In this document: positions 25,335 to 33,744 of the stretch, piece after piece | Layout: each line of letters opens with the position of its first letter | Position numbering within the stretch: the first letter of the stretch is position 1 | Origin: an uncultured Roseicyclus sp. | Lineage (GTDB): Bacteria; Pseudomonadota; Alphaproteobacteria; Rhodobacterales; Rhodobacteraceae | DNA length: 64,000 nucleotides | Assembly (NCBI GenBank): GCA_964578115.1 | Contig: CAZOBK010000005.1 | Coordinates: 19,637 to 83,636 of the forward strand | Reading direction: 5' to 3' | Notes under the pieces: model-generated | What the model was told of the DNA's origin: nothing | What the model saw: only the letters and a program-made list of their open reading frames with translations | Databases searched by the model: none | Program-made: the position numbers and the translations under genes

Positions 25335-26875
25335 CGACCGAGGTCGAAATCAAGAAAAGCCGCCGCGGCGGCGGGCGGGCGGCCCGTGTCGCCCTGCGCG
25401 CGGCCCCGCTGGCCGAGGACAAGCGCCCCGTGCGCCCCGGTCTGCAGGGCGGGCAATACGCGCCCCTGACCGAGGCCGGTGTCGCGCGCATCCATTGCGC
25501 CGCGATGGACGCGCTGGAGGTGGTCGGCCTGTCGCAAGCCCCTGAAAGCGGGGTCGAGATCATGACCGGGGCGGGCGCGATCCTCGGCGATGACGGGCGG
25601 CTGCGGTTTCCCCGAACGCTGGTCGAGGACATGGTCGACAAGGCGGCGAAGGCCTTTCCCCTCTACGGGCGCGATACGCGCCATCATCTCGATCTGTCCG
25701 GCACCCGTGTCCATTATGGCACTGCCGGCGCGGCGGTGAATGTCGTGGATATCGAAACGCAGAGCTATCGCCCCTCCACCGCGCGGGACCTCTACGACGC
25801 CGCGCGGCTGGCGCAGAACCTCGACAACATCCATTTCTTCCAGCGCACCATGGTCTGCTGCGAGATCCCGGATCTGGTGGAGATGGACATCAACACGCTG
25901 TATGCCTGTCTCGCCGGCACCACGAAACACGTGGGCACGTCCTTCTCCGATCCCGCCTCCGTCGATCCGGGAATGGATCTGATCCACATGGTCGCCGGCG
26001 GCGAGGAGGCCTGGCGCGCGATGCCCTTCGTGTCGCTGTCCAACTGCTTCGTCGTGCCTCCGATGAAATTCGCGACCGAAAGCTGCCTGACGATGGAGGC
26101 CTGCATCCGCGCTGGCATGCCGATCCTGCTACTGTCGGCCGGACAGGCCGGGGCCACCGCCCCCGCCCCGATCGCGGCGGCCATCGTGCAGGCGGTCGCC
26201 GAATGCCTCGCGGGCGTCGTCTATGTCAACGCCATGGCGCCCGGCCATCCGGCGGTCTTCGGAACATGGCCCTTCGTGTCCGACCTGCGCACAGGCGCCA
26301 TGTCCGGCGGGTCGGCGGAACAGGCACTCCTGTCGGCGGGCTGCGCGCAGATGCACCGGTTCTACGGCATCCCGGGCGGTGCGGCGGGCGGCATGACCGA
26401 CAGCAAGCTGCCGGACATGCAGGCCGGTTGGGAACAGGGCATCATCAACGTGCTGAGCGGCTTGTCCGGCCTCAACATGGTCTACGAATCCGTTGGCATG
26501 TATGCCTCGCTCATGGGCTTCTCGCCCGAGGGGATGGTTCTGGGCAACGACCTGATCGGACAGGCGCAACGCTGCGTGCGCGGTATCGACGTGACCGAGG
26601 ATTCCGTGTCGCTCGACGTGATGAAGGCCGTCTGCCTCGATGGCGGGCCGGGGCATTACCTCGGCTCCGACCAGACGCTCGCGCTGATGCAGACGGAGTA
26701 TCTTTACCCCGAGATCGGCAACCGCATGACGCCGAAGGATTGGGTTGAGGCGGACAAGCCGGACCTGATCGCGGCGGCGCGGCGGCGGATGGACAGCATC
26801 CTGCAACAGGCACCCTGCCAAGTACCGGTCGACGTGGACGCCGCTATCCGCGCAAGGTTCCCCATCAGATTCTGA
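25331..26875 (+). CDS. Non-pyrrolysine MttB-superfamily (trimethylamine methyltransferase family) protein, candidate quaternary-amine methyltransferase
   Basis: 514 aa. The N-terminal RRGGGRAARVALRAAP...RPGLQGGQYAPLTEAGVARIHCAAMDALE pattern is typical of proteobacterial MttB homologues. No in-frame TAG. The GTG start overlaps the upstream TGA (GTGA). Confidence 0.8.
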   Translation: MTTEVEIKKSRRGGGRAARVALRAAPLAEDKRPVRPGLQGGQYAPLTEAGVARIHCAAMDALEVVGLSQAPESGVEIMTGAGAILGDDGRLRFPRTLVEDMVDKAAKAFPLYGRDTRHHLDLSGTRVHYGTAGAAVNVVDIETQSYRPSTARDLYDAARLAQNLDNIHFFQRTMVCCEIPDLVEMDINTLYACLAGTTKHVGTSFSDPASVDPGMDLIHMVAGGEEAWRAMPFVSLSNCFVVPPMKFATESCLTMEACIRAGMPILLLSAGQAGATAPAPIAAAIVQAVAECLAGVVYVNAMAPGHPAVFGTWPFVSDLRTGAMSGGSAEQALLSAGCAQMHRFYGIPGGAAGGMTDSKLPDMQAGWEQGIINVLSGLSGLNMVYESVGMYASLMGFSPEGMVLGNDLIGQAQRCVRGIDVTEDSVSLDVMKAVCLDGGPGHYLGSDQTLALMQTEYLYPEIGNRMTPKDWVEADKPDLIAAARRRMDSILQQAPCQVPVDVDAAIRARFPIRF

Positions 26876-26893
26876 AAAGCGAAAGGACAGCCC

Positions 26894-27847
26894 ATGAAGG
26901 TCGCATTCATCGGCTTGGGCAACGTGGGCGGCAAGCTCGCCGGAAGCCTGCTGCGCAATGGCGCGGATCTTGCCATCCATGACCTCGACGCAAATCTTGT
27001 AACGGATTTCGTCGCGCGCGGCGCCACAGCGGGCGCCGACCCCGCCGCGATCATGCAGGCCGCCGATGTGGTCATCACCTGCCTGCCCTCGCCGGCCGCC
27101 TCGGACGCCGTCGTCACCGCGATGCTGCCCCATGTCGGCCCCGGCAAGACCTGGATGGAGATGTCGACGACTGATGCCGGGGAGGTCATGCGCCTCGGCG
27201 CCATGGTGGAGGCGGCCGGCGGCCGGGCGGTGGAATGCCCCGTCTCGGGCGGCTGCCACCGCGCCGATACCGGCAATATCTCGATCTTCGCAGGCGGCTC
27301 GCGCGAGGCGGTGGACCATGTCCTGCCGCTTCTGAAGCATCTCGGGCGGCGCATCCTGCACACCGGGCCGCTGGGCAGCGCGTCTAAGCTCAAGGTCATG
27401 ACCAACTACCTCGCCACGGTGAACCTCGTTTCGCTGTGCGAGGCGATGACCGTGATGAAGGCGGCAGGGATCGACCTCGCCACGACCTACGAGGCGATCC
27501 GCATCAGCTCGGGCACCTCCTTCGTGCACGAGACCGAGAGCCAGTTGATCCTGTCGGGCGCCCGGGACGTCAACTTCACCATGGACCTCGTCCAGAAGGA
27601 TATCGGTCTCTTTCAGAAGCTTGCCGATGACCATGCCGTGCCGCTGGAGATGTCGCCGCTGCTGATCGACATCATCGCCGACGGGCAGCGCCGTTATGGA
27701 GACCGCGCGCAATCCGATCGCATCATCGAACGGCTGGAGGAGGCGACGGGGCTTCAGATCCGGGCTGACGGTTTCCCCGAATTTCTTGTAGACTTGGAAC
27801 CTGAGGAAGAAGGCTACGAGGTTTTCAGGGGGTCGGATGAACGCTGA
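26894..27847 (+). CDS. NAD(P)-dependent 3-hydroxyisobutyrate / beta-hydroxyacid dehydrogenase-family oxidoreductase
   Basis: Rossmann motif MKVAFIGLGNVGG. 6PGDH-NAD-binding/HIBADH architecture with a ~30-aa acidic C-terminal tail. Confidence 0.8.
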   Translation: MKVAFIGLGNVGGKLAGSLLRNGADLAIHDLDANLVTDFVARGATAGADPAAIMQAADVVITCLPSPAASDAVVTAMLPHVGPGKTWMEMSTTDAGEVMRLGAMVEAAGGRAVECPVSGGCHRADTGNISIFAGGSREAVDHVLPLLKHLGRRILHTGPLGSASKLKVMTNYLATVNLVSLCEAMTVMKAAGIDLATTYEAIRISSGTSFVHETESQLILSGARDVNFTMDLVQKDIGLFQKLADDHAVPLEMSPLLIDIIADGQRRYGDRAQSDRIIERLEEATGLQIRADGFPEFLVDLEPEEEGYEVFRGSDER

Positions 27848-29264
27848 CAGGTTCTATATCGACGGCGAATGGGTGGGCCCGAGCGGTGCGGCGACCATGC
27901 CGATCATGGACCCGTCCATGGACGAACAGGTCGGCACGGTCGCGCTGGGGCGTCTGCAGGATGTGGACCACGCGGTGCAGGCGGCCCGCGCGGCCTTCGA
28001 TGGCTTCGGGCGGTGGCCCAAGGCGGATCGGCTCGCGCTGCTGCGGCGCATCCGGCAGGGGACAAAGGACCGCCTCGAAGACCTCGCGCAGGCCATGAGC
28101 CTCGAGATGGGCGCACCGATCGGCATGGCGCGCGAGGTACAGGCCGAGGCGGGCATCGGCCATGCCGACGGCTTCATCGAAGCGCTGGAGGCTCAGGAAG
28201 AGCGCTGGACGCTTTCCAATGGCGACACGCTGCTGCGCGAACCGATCGGACCCGCCGGAATGATCACACCGTGGAACTGGCCGATCAACCAGATCGCGCT
28301 CAAGGTCCTGCCCGCGCTCGCCACCGGCTGTCCCGCGATCCTCAAACCCTCCGAGTACACCCCGCTCTCGGCGCAGATCTATGCGCAGATCCTGCATGAC
28401 GCGGGCGTACCGCCGGGGGCCTTCGCGCTGATCCACGGCACCGGGGCGGAAGTGGGCGACGCGCTGGCCCGCCACCCCGAGCTTGCTATGGTGTCCTTCA
28501 CCGGATCGACCCGCGCCGGCATCTCGGTGACCAAGGCAGCAGCGGAATCCGTCAAGCGTGTGACGCTGGAACTGGGCGGCAAGTCCCCCAACCTGATCTT
28601 CGCCGATTGCGGCGCGGCGCTGGAGGACCGCGTGCGCGCCTCCGTGGCCGAGTGTTTCCTCAACACCGGACAGTCCTGCGACGCGCCCACGCGAATGATC
28701 GTCGAGGCGGCTTGCTACGATCGCGTCGTCGAAATCGCGCGCGATGCGGCCGAGACGACGAAGGTCGGCGATCCGAGGGCCGAGGGCGACCATATCGGCC
28801 CACTCTTCGACGAGATCCAGTGGCACCGCGTGCAGACCATGATCGCCACCGGCATCGAGGAAGGCGCGCGGCTTGTCGCCGGGGGGCCGGGCAAGCCGCC
28901 GGGCATGAACCGCGGCTGGTACGTGCGCCCCACCGTCTTTGCCGATGTCACCAACGACATGGCCATCGCCCGGAAGGAGATCTTCGGCCCGGTCCTCAGC
29001 ATCCTGAGGGCCGAGGATGAGGCCGAGGCCATCCGCATCGCCAATGACACCGAGTACGGGCTGGCCGCCTTCATCCAGACCGGCGACACGGAACGCGCCG
29101 AGCGGGTCGCGGCCCGCCTGCGCGCGGGCGCCGTGCATGTCAACGGTGGCGGCATCGGCTGGGGCACGCCCTTCGGCGGCTACAAGGCCTCGGGCAACGG
29201 GCGCGAGGGCGGCGCGATGGGGCTGGAAGACTACCAGGAGATCAAGAGCCTGCATTTCGGTTGA
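27837..29264 (+). CDS. NAD(P)+ aldehyde dehydrogenase family protein
   Basis: 475 aa. LELGGKSP and NTGQSCDAPTR (catalytic Glu and Cys contexts). Overlaps the preceding gene by 11 nt. Confidence 0.88.
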   Translation: MNADRFYIDGEWVGPSGAATMPIMDPSMDEQVGTVALGRLQDVDHAVQAARAAFDGFGRWPKADRLALLRRIRQGTKDRLEDLAQAMSLEMGAPIGMAREVQAEAGIGHADGFIEALEAQEERWTLSNGDTLLREPIGPAGMITPWNWPINQIALKVLPALATGCPAILKPSEYTPLSAQIYAQILHDAGVPPGAFALIHGTGAEVGDALARHPELAMVSFTGSTRAGISVTKAAAESVKRVTLELGGKSPNLIFADCGAALEDRVRASVAECFLNTGQSCDAPTRMIVEAACYDRVVEIARDAAETTKVGDPRAEGDHIGPLFDEIQWHRVQTMIATGIEEGARLVAGGPGKPPGMNRGWYVRPTVFADVTNDMAIARKEIFGPVLSILRAEDEAEAIRIANDTEYGLAAFIQTGDTERAERVAARLRAGAVHVNGGGIGWGTPFGGYKASGNGREGGAMGLEDYQEIKSLHFG

Positions 29265-29270
29265 CGCCGA

Positions 29271-30692
29271 TCAGCCCCGTGGCTGGTTCAGCACCAGACG
29301 CGAGGGCCGCTCATGCGCCTGATGCGCGGCGACAAGCGCGCTTGCCCGGTCCGCCACCACGCCCTCGGGCGCCACGACGCGGCGGCTGGACAGGTCCACG
29401 TGCAGCAGCAGCGTCTCCATGGTCGCGGCAGGTGTCTCGCCGCCGGTCCAGAACCTGTGCAGCAGATGCAGCTTGCGCCCATCCCCACCCAGCGCCTGCG
29501 TGGTCACGGTGATGCTGTCGCCGATATCGATCTCGGCGAGGTAGCGGATGTGGTTCTCGGCCGTGAAATAGCTGAGCCCGCCCGCGATGTAATCCGCGTC
29601 CGCCCCGATCATCTCCATCAAGCGGTCCGAGGCCCGCGCGCCGACCTCCAGATACGGCGCCTCGTTCATGTGCCCGTTATAGTCGACGAAGGAGGTAGGC
29701 ACCTGCATCTCCAGGGTGACGGGCAAGCCGTCCGGTCCGGCGTCGGGCACACTCAGGGTTTTCTCATGGGCCGCGATCACGCCGCCCGCGCCGCTGCCGG
29801 TGCGCTTGAGCGCGCGCATCATCGCCACGAGGTTCTCGTCGCGCAGACGCTCCAGCGCGCGGATGCTCAGATGGCCCGATTGCGCGTCCGACTGCCCCGC
29901 GATCAGGTCGACAAGCGCGTCGTCGAACTCCGGCACGTCCATGAGCTTGGTCCAGGGCCATGTCAGGCAGGGACCGAACTGTTCGAGGAAATGGCGCATG
30001 CCCGCCTCGCCGCCCGCGATGCGGTAAGTCTCGAAAAGGCCCATCTGCGCCCAGCGCAGGCCGAAGCCCATGCGGATCGCCTCGTCGATCTCGGCGGTCG
30101 TCGCCACGCCGTCCTTCACCAGCCACAGCGCCTCGCGCCAGACAGCCTCGAGGAAACGGTCGGCGATATGGGCGTCGATCTCCTTGCGGACGGTCAGGGG
30201 GAACATGCCGATCCCGCGCAGGATGTCGGCGGCGCGCGCCGTCTCGCCCGCGTCGCCCACCAGCTCCACCAGCGGGAGCAGGTAGACCGGGTTGAACGGA
30301 TGCGCCACGATCACGCGGGCGCCGGTCCGGTTCAGCTCTGACGGTTTGAAACCCGAGGTGGAGGAGCCGATCACCGCATCGGCCGGGGCGGTGGCCGCGA
30401 TCTCGTCGTATACGGCATGCTTGATTTCAAGCCGCTCGGGCACGCTTTCCTGTATCCAGTCGGCGCCGGAGACAGCCTCGGCGATGGTCGTGTGCAAGCT
30501 CAGCGCGCCCTCGGCCGGCAAGGGCCGTTCGTAGAGCCCCGGCAGAGCGCGCCGCGCATTGGCCAGCACTTCGCGGATCTTGCGCTCCGCGTCCGGGTCG
30601 GGGTCGCAGACCGCCACGTCCCAGCCGTTGAGCAGGAACCGCGCGGCCCAGCCGCCGCCGATGACACCGCCGCCGATGATCGCTGCCTTCAT
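29271..30692 (-). CDS. lcdH: L-carnitine dehydrogenase with a fused C-terminal hotdog thioesterase domain
   Basis: 473 aa. 3-hydroxyacyl-CoA-dehydrogenase-type N-terminus MKAAIIGGGVIGGGWAARFL, plus a C-terminal ~150-aa thioesterase-like domain (VDYNGHMNEAPYL...). AAGGAG RBS. ATGA overlap with the upstream gene. Confidence 0.8.
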   Translation of the reverse strand: MKAAIIGGGVIGGGWAARFLLNGWDVAVCDPDPDAERKIREVLANARRALPGLYERPLPAEGALSLHTTIAEAVSGADWIQESVPERLEIKHAVYDEIAATAPADAVIGSSTSGFKPSELNRTGARVIVAHPFNPVYLLPLVELVGDAGETARAADILRGIGMFPLTVRKEIDAHIADRFLEAVWREALWLVKDGVATTAEIDEAIRMGFGLRWAQMGLFETYRIAGGEAGMRHFLEQFGPCLTWPWTKLMDVPEFDDALVDLIAGQSDAQSGHLSIRALERLRDENLVAMMRALKRTGSGAGGVIAAHEKTLSVPDAGPDGLPVTLEMQVPTSFVDYNGHMNEAPYLEVGARASDRLMEMIGADADYIAGGLSYFTAENHIRYLAEIDIGDSITVTTQALGGDGRKLHLLHRFWTGGETPAATMETLLLHVDLSSRRVVAPEGVVADRASALVAAHQAHERPSRLVLNQPRG

Positions 30693-31219
30693 GGTGATAT
30701 GCTCCTTTCGAGCCGCGCAAGGTCGTAGCCGTTGAAATCCAGAACCTCGCGCGCGGCGATCAGGCGATCCCGAGGGATCACAGGGTCGCGGTTCAGGATC
30801 CAGCCCGCGCGCCCGTCGGGCTGGCCCACGACGGCGGTACGATAGCCCTCGTCGATCCAGAGCACCCAGTAGGGCGCTGCGACGGGAACGCCGTCGAGCC
30901 GCACCGACAGCCGCCCGGGCCCGACCACCCGCGCGGTGCCGGCGATCTCGTCGATGACGTCTCCGTTGGCGTCGAGGCAGGTGTTCCGAACGAGGATTTC
31001 GCCGCCCTCGCCTTGCGCGTAGTCGACGACCGCGCCCGCGCAGCGCGCCTGAAACGGGTTGGGATAGCGCGCGACCTCGTACCAGCGGCCGAGGTAGCGG
31101 GCGGGGTCGAAATTGGCACTCGACGCGATGGTGACGGAGCGGTCGCGATAGCTGGGCGCGATGGCGCCGCACGCCGCAAGAAGGCCCGCGAGGCCGAGCG
31201 CAAGGAGCGTTCTGATCAT
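30689..31219 (-). CDS. blc: Bacterial lipocalin (Blc-like) lipoprotein
   Basis: 176 aa. Lipobox LLAAC after a signal peptide. Lipocalin motif RYLGRWYEVARYPNPFQ. ATGA overlaps at both ends. Confidence 0.85.
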   Translation of the reverse strand: MIRTLLALGLAGLLAACGAIAPSYRDRSVTIASSANFDPARYLGRWYEVARYPNPFQARCAGAVVDYAQGEGGEILVRNTCLDANGDVIDEIAGTARVVGPGRLSVRLDGVPVAAPYWVLWIDEGYRTAVVGQPDGRAGWILNRDPVIPRDRLIAAREVLDFNGYDLARLERSISP

Positions 31220-31980
31220 GGCGCGAGTGTCTCCGTATGTCCGTCGATGCATAGCGTCTGGCCCGAGATCTTCGCGCCTGCGGGCGAAGAAAGGTAATGC
31301 ACCATGTTGGCGACGTCCTCGGCATCGACCCAGCTGCGCAGCGACACACCCTTGACGTAGAGCGCGCGGATCTCTTCCTCCGGGCGGCCCTGCGCCTGGG
31401 CCTCCATCGCCACGACGCGGTCCATGCGCGGCCCCTGCACGGCGCCCGGCGCAAGCGCGTTCACACGCACGCCTGCCGGTCCCAGTTCCATCGCAAGCGT
31501 CTTCATCAGCCCGATGATCGCCCATTTCGAGGCGGAATAGGGGCTGCGGAACGGGTAGCCCGCGATCCCGGCGGTCGACGAGGTCAGCGTGATCAGCCCA
31601 TGCCCCTGAGCCCGCATCAAACGCGCCGCCCAGCGGCAGGTCAGGAACGCGCCATTCAGGTTGACCGCGACGCAGTCCTGCCACGCGCCGTAATCCAGCG
31701 TCTCGATCAACCCGGCGGGCCCGCCCGTGCCGGCATTGGCGCAGACCACATCGACCCGGTCCCAACTGGCCTCCACCAGCGAAAGGAACGCGTCAACATC
31801 GGCCTCGCGCGTGACATCCGCGACCCGCGCGATGGCGGCGGGATGGGCGCTCGCGAAATCCGCGACCGCATCCACGTCCACGTCGCAGATCGCGACCTCG
31901 GCGCCTTCGATGAGGAAGCGTTCGGCGATGGCGCGCCCGATGCCAGAGGCGCCGGCGGTGACGAGGACGCGCTTTGTCAT
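31216..31980 (-). CDS. Short-chain dehydrogenase/reductase (SDR) family oxidoreductase
   Basis: 254 aa. TAGASGIGRAIA cofactor motif and YSASK catalytic motif. ATGA overlaps at both ends. Confidence 0.85.
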   Translation of the reverse strand: MTKRVLVTAGASGIGRAIAERFLIEGAEVAICDVDVDAVADFASAHPAAIARVADVTREADVDAFLSLVEASWDRVDVVCANAGTGGPAGLIETLDYGAWQDCVAVNLNGAFLTCRWAARLMRAQGHGLITLTSSTAGIAGYPFRSPYSASKWAIIGLMKTLAMELGPAGVRVNALAPGAVQGPRMDRVVAMEAQAQGRPEEEIRALYVKGVSLRSWVDAEDVANMVHYLSSPAGAKISGQTLCIDGHTETLAP

Positions 31981-32891
31981 GCGGCGGGCGCGCGTTTGGT
32001 CAGGCCGAGCTTTTCGCGCACCTCCTGCGGCCCCATCACCCGCGCGCCCATGCCCTCGACCACGCCCACGGCGCGCTCCACCAGCTGCGCATTGGTCGCC
32101 AGCACGCCCTTCTCGAGCCACAGGTTGTCCTCCAGCCCCACGCGCACGTGCCCGCCTGCCAGCACGGCGGCGGCGGCATAGGCCATCTGGTGCCGCCCCA
32201 GTGAGAAGGCCGAGAATGTCCAGTCATCCGGCACGTTGTTGACCATCGCCATGAAGGTGTTGAGGTCGTCCGGCGCGCCCCACGGCACGCCCATGCAAAG
32301 CTGCACAAGCGCGGGTGCCTCCAGCACGCCCTCCTTCACCAGTTCCTTGGCGAACCAGAGGTGCCCGGTATCAAAGGCCTCGATCTCGGGCTTCACGCCC
32401 AGATGCGTCATCATCCGACCCATCGCACGCAGCATGCCCGGCGTGTTGGTCATGACGTAATCGGCCTCGGCGAAGTTCATCGTGCCGCAGTCGAGCGTGC
32501 AGATCTCGGGCAGGCACCGGGCGATATGTTCGACCCGTTCGGCCGCGCCGATCATGTCGGTGCCCGCCTCGTTCAGCGGCAGGGGCCGTTCGGTCGGGCC
32601 GAAGGTGATGTCGCCGCCCATGCCCGCGGTCAGGTTGAGGACCACGTCCACCTCCGCGTCGCGGATCCGGTCGGTGACCTCGCGGTAGAAGTCGAGCCGG
32701 CGGGACGGCGCGCCCGTCTCGGGATCGCGCACGTGGCAATGGACGATGGCGGCCCCTGCCTTGGCCGCGTCGATGGCGCTGTCGGCGATCTGCTGCGGGC
32801 TGCGCGGCACATGGGGGCTGCGGTCCTGCGTGCCGCCCGAGCCCGTCACCGCGCAGGTAATGAAGACCTCGCGGCTCATTTGAAGTGGCAT
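31977..32891 (-). CDS. BKACE-family (DUF849, 3-keto-5-aminohexanoate cleavage enzyme-like) beta-keto acid cleavage enzyme, candidate dehydrocarnitine cleavage enzyme
   Basis: 304 aa. FITCAVTGSGGTQDRSPHVP and IVHCHVRDPETG motifs of the BKACE TIM-barrel family. GGGAGA RBS before ATG 32891. Confidence 0.8.
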   Translation of the reverse strand: MPLQMSREVFITCAVTGSGGTQDRSPHVPRSPQQIADSAIDAAKAGAAIVHCHVRDPETGAPSRRLDFYREVTDRIRDAEVDVVLNLTAGMGGDITFGPTERPLPLNEAGTDMIGAAERVEHIARCLPEICTLDCGTMNFAEADYVMTNTPGMLRAMGRMMTHLGVKPEIEAFDTGHLWFAKELVKEGVLEAPALVQLCMGVPWGAPDDLNTFMAMVNNVPDDWTFSAFSLGRHQMAYAAAAVLAGGHVRVGLEDNLWLEKGVLATNAQLVERAVGVVEGMGARVMGPQEVREKLGLTKRAPAA

Positions 32892-32913
32892 GTCGTCTCC
32901 CTTTCCTTCGATC

Positions 32914-32954
32914 TTTCGTACGAAAAAACGCACGTGTGAATTTTCGTACGAAAA
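32914..32954. promoter_or_regulatory. Two copies of the palindrome TTTCGTACGAAA (candidate tandem operator) upstream of the BKACE operon
   Basis: TTTCGTACGAAA at 32914-32925 and TTTTCGTACGAAAA at 32941-32954, with centres 28 bp apart, in the AT-rich 67-bp gap between the caiD stop and the BKACE start. Confidence 0.6.
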
Positions 32955-32958
32955 TTCG

Positions 32959-33744
32959 CTATCGTCCCTTCCAGACCGGATCGCGGCCCTCGGCGAAGGC
33001 GCGCGCGCCCTCCAGCTGATCCTCCGAGCGATACAACCGTTCCACGGTCTCGAACTGGCTGCGCGTGATCCGGTTCAGCGCGTCATTGAACTTCATCGCC
33101 TCCGCCTCGCGCACGATCTCCTTGATCGCGGCGAAAACCAGCGGCGGCCCGGCGGCCAGATCATCGGCCATCTTCCGCGCGGCGTCCATCAACTCGGCCC
33201 CGGGCACGACCCGGTTCACAAGGCCCCAGCGCGCGGCCTCCTCCGCGTCGAACCAACGGCCGGTGAACAGAAGCTCCATGGCGATGTGATAGGGAATCCG
33301 CTTCGGCAGCTTGATCGAGGCCGCATCGGCCACCGTCCCGGACCGGATTTCCGGCAAGGCGAATGTCGCGTGCTCGGCGACGAGGATGATGTCGGCGCAC
33401 AGCGCCAGTTCCAGCCCGCCGCCGCAGGCGATCCCGTTCACCGCCGCGATGACGGGTTTGTTGAGGCCGCGCAGCTCCTGCAACCCGCCGAAGCCGCCCA
33501 CGCCGTAATCGCTGTCCGGCGCCTCGCCCCCGGCGGCGGCCTTCAGATCCCATCCGGGGCAGAAGAACTTTTCGCCCGCCCCGGTCAGAATGGCGACCCG
33601 CAACTCCGGGTCGTCGCGGAATTCGGTGAAGACCTCGCCCATGATCCGGCTGGTCGGCGCGTCGATGGCGTTGGCCTTGGGCCGGTCCAACGTGACCTCC
33701 AGCACCGCGCCGCGGCGCGTCGTCTTGACGGGGGTATCGGTCAT
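32959..33744 (-). CDS. caiD: Carnitinyl-CoA dehydratase / crotonobetainyl-CoA hydratase (crotonase family)
   Basis: 261 aa. Collinear with my recollection of E. coli CaiD (LDRPKANAIDA..., AGEKFFCPGWDLKAAA, C-terminal AFAEGRDPVWKGR). ATGA overlap with the upstream ligase. Confidence 0.85.
   Translation of the reverse strand: MTDTPVKTTRRGAVLEVTLDRPKANAIDAPTSRIMGEVFTEFRDDPELRVAILTGAGEKFFCPGWDLKAAAGGEAPDSDYGVGGFGGLQELRGLNKPVIAAVNGIACGGGLELALCADIILVAEHATFALPEIRSGTVADAASIKLPKRIPYHIAMELLFTGRWFDAEEAARWGLVNRVVPGAELMDAARKMADDLAAGPPLVFAAIKEIVREAEAMKFNDALNRITRSQFETVERLYRSEDQLEGARAFAEGRDPVWKGR

Noticed and set aside
25331-26875. Pyrrolysine (in-frame TAG) in the MttB homologue
   Set aside because: The reading frame is uninterrupted from GTG 25331 to TGA 26875 with no internal TAG. 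No pyl genes are present in the window.
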